From the NCBI GenBank assembly GCA_016618085.1, contig JABLTG010000028.1:122344-142343 (forward strand): a stretch of 20,000 nucleotides of DNA, read 5' to 3'. A program made the translations under genes and the position numbers. Of this stretch, positions 19,865-20,000 are shown in pieces. Origin of the DNA: Neovahlkampfia damariscottae. Lineage: Eukaryota. The notes below the pieces were generated by a model. It worked only from the letters and a program-made list of their open reading frames with translations, was not told where the DNA came from and did not search any database. Position 1 is the stretch's first letter. Each line of letters starts with the position of its first letter.

Positions 19865-20000
19865 ACCACCCTACACCCACTTGTAAACTGGCAAAAGTGA
19901 CCAAAATGATCATTTTCATCAGTCTTGCAATCTACTCAGATTGAGTAGAAAGGAGTTGGGTCTCAACGCCTGAATCATATAGACCCAGACTCATATTTAG
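19865..20000. other. GC-enriched multi-hairpin element (structured ncRNA or transposon end; truncated by the window edge)
   Basis: Three adjacent inverted repeats: 19881-19930 (long, imperfect), 19931-19949 (perfect TCTACTCA-GAT-TGAGTAGA) and 19953-19992 (GAGT-TGGGTCT...AGACCCA-G-ACTC). Composition differs sharply from the other intergenic DNA. Confidence 0.5.

Noticed and set aside
19867..19880. CACCCTACACCC as a telomerase template or telomeric seed
   Set aside because: It is under two copies of a 7-mer that I cannot tie to a known telomere repeat, and it is too short to support a call.
19865..20000. tRNA, hammerhead ribozyme (CTGATGA on the minus strand) or RNase P/MRP RNA
   Set aside because: There is no T-loop GTTC or cloverleaf, no correctly placed GAAA after the would-be hammerhead stem II, and no convincing P4 motifs.
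1..20000. Prokaryotic-type systems (CRISPR array, operon, defence island)
   Set aside because: There are no repeat-spacer arrays, and the genes are spliceosomal-intron-containing eukaryotic genes.

Overview
AT-rich, very gene-dense eukaryotic (protist) genomic DNA with many tiny GT-AG introns, so the ORF track splits most genes. Manual splicing (33 introns, 27-44 nt) gives 11 complete genes: POP1 (+), BLOC1S2 (-), RGS-pseudokinase-RGS (-), coiled-coil/GST fusion (-), UIM-Macro-UIM-Macro protein (-), UBA-Kelch-BTB-BTB-TLDc (+), FIP1 (+), an 11-exon HAP2/GCS1-like (fusexin-like) membrane protein (-), a C48/Ulp1-type protease (+), a membrane-anchored Kelch-like propeller (-) and an LPCAT with EF-hands (+). 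A structured, GC-richer element runs off the right edge. The genome style suggests a heterolobosean/Naegleria-like amoeba, but that is inference only. Best leads: (1) the HAP2-like protein, barely visible in the ORF track, appears to lack the fusion-loop region and carries an extra Cys-rich/EGF module; (2) the tandem UIM-macrodomain protein ends in a p97/VCP-binding-like motif; (3) the right-edge element may be a Fanzor2/IS607-type right end. All family calls come from motif recognition by eye, with no database searches.
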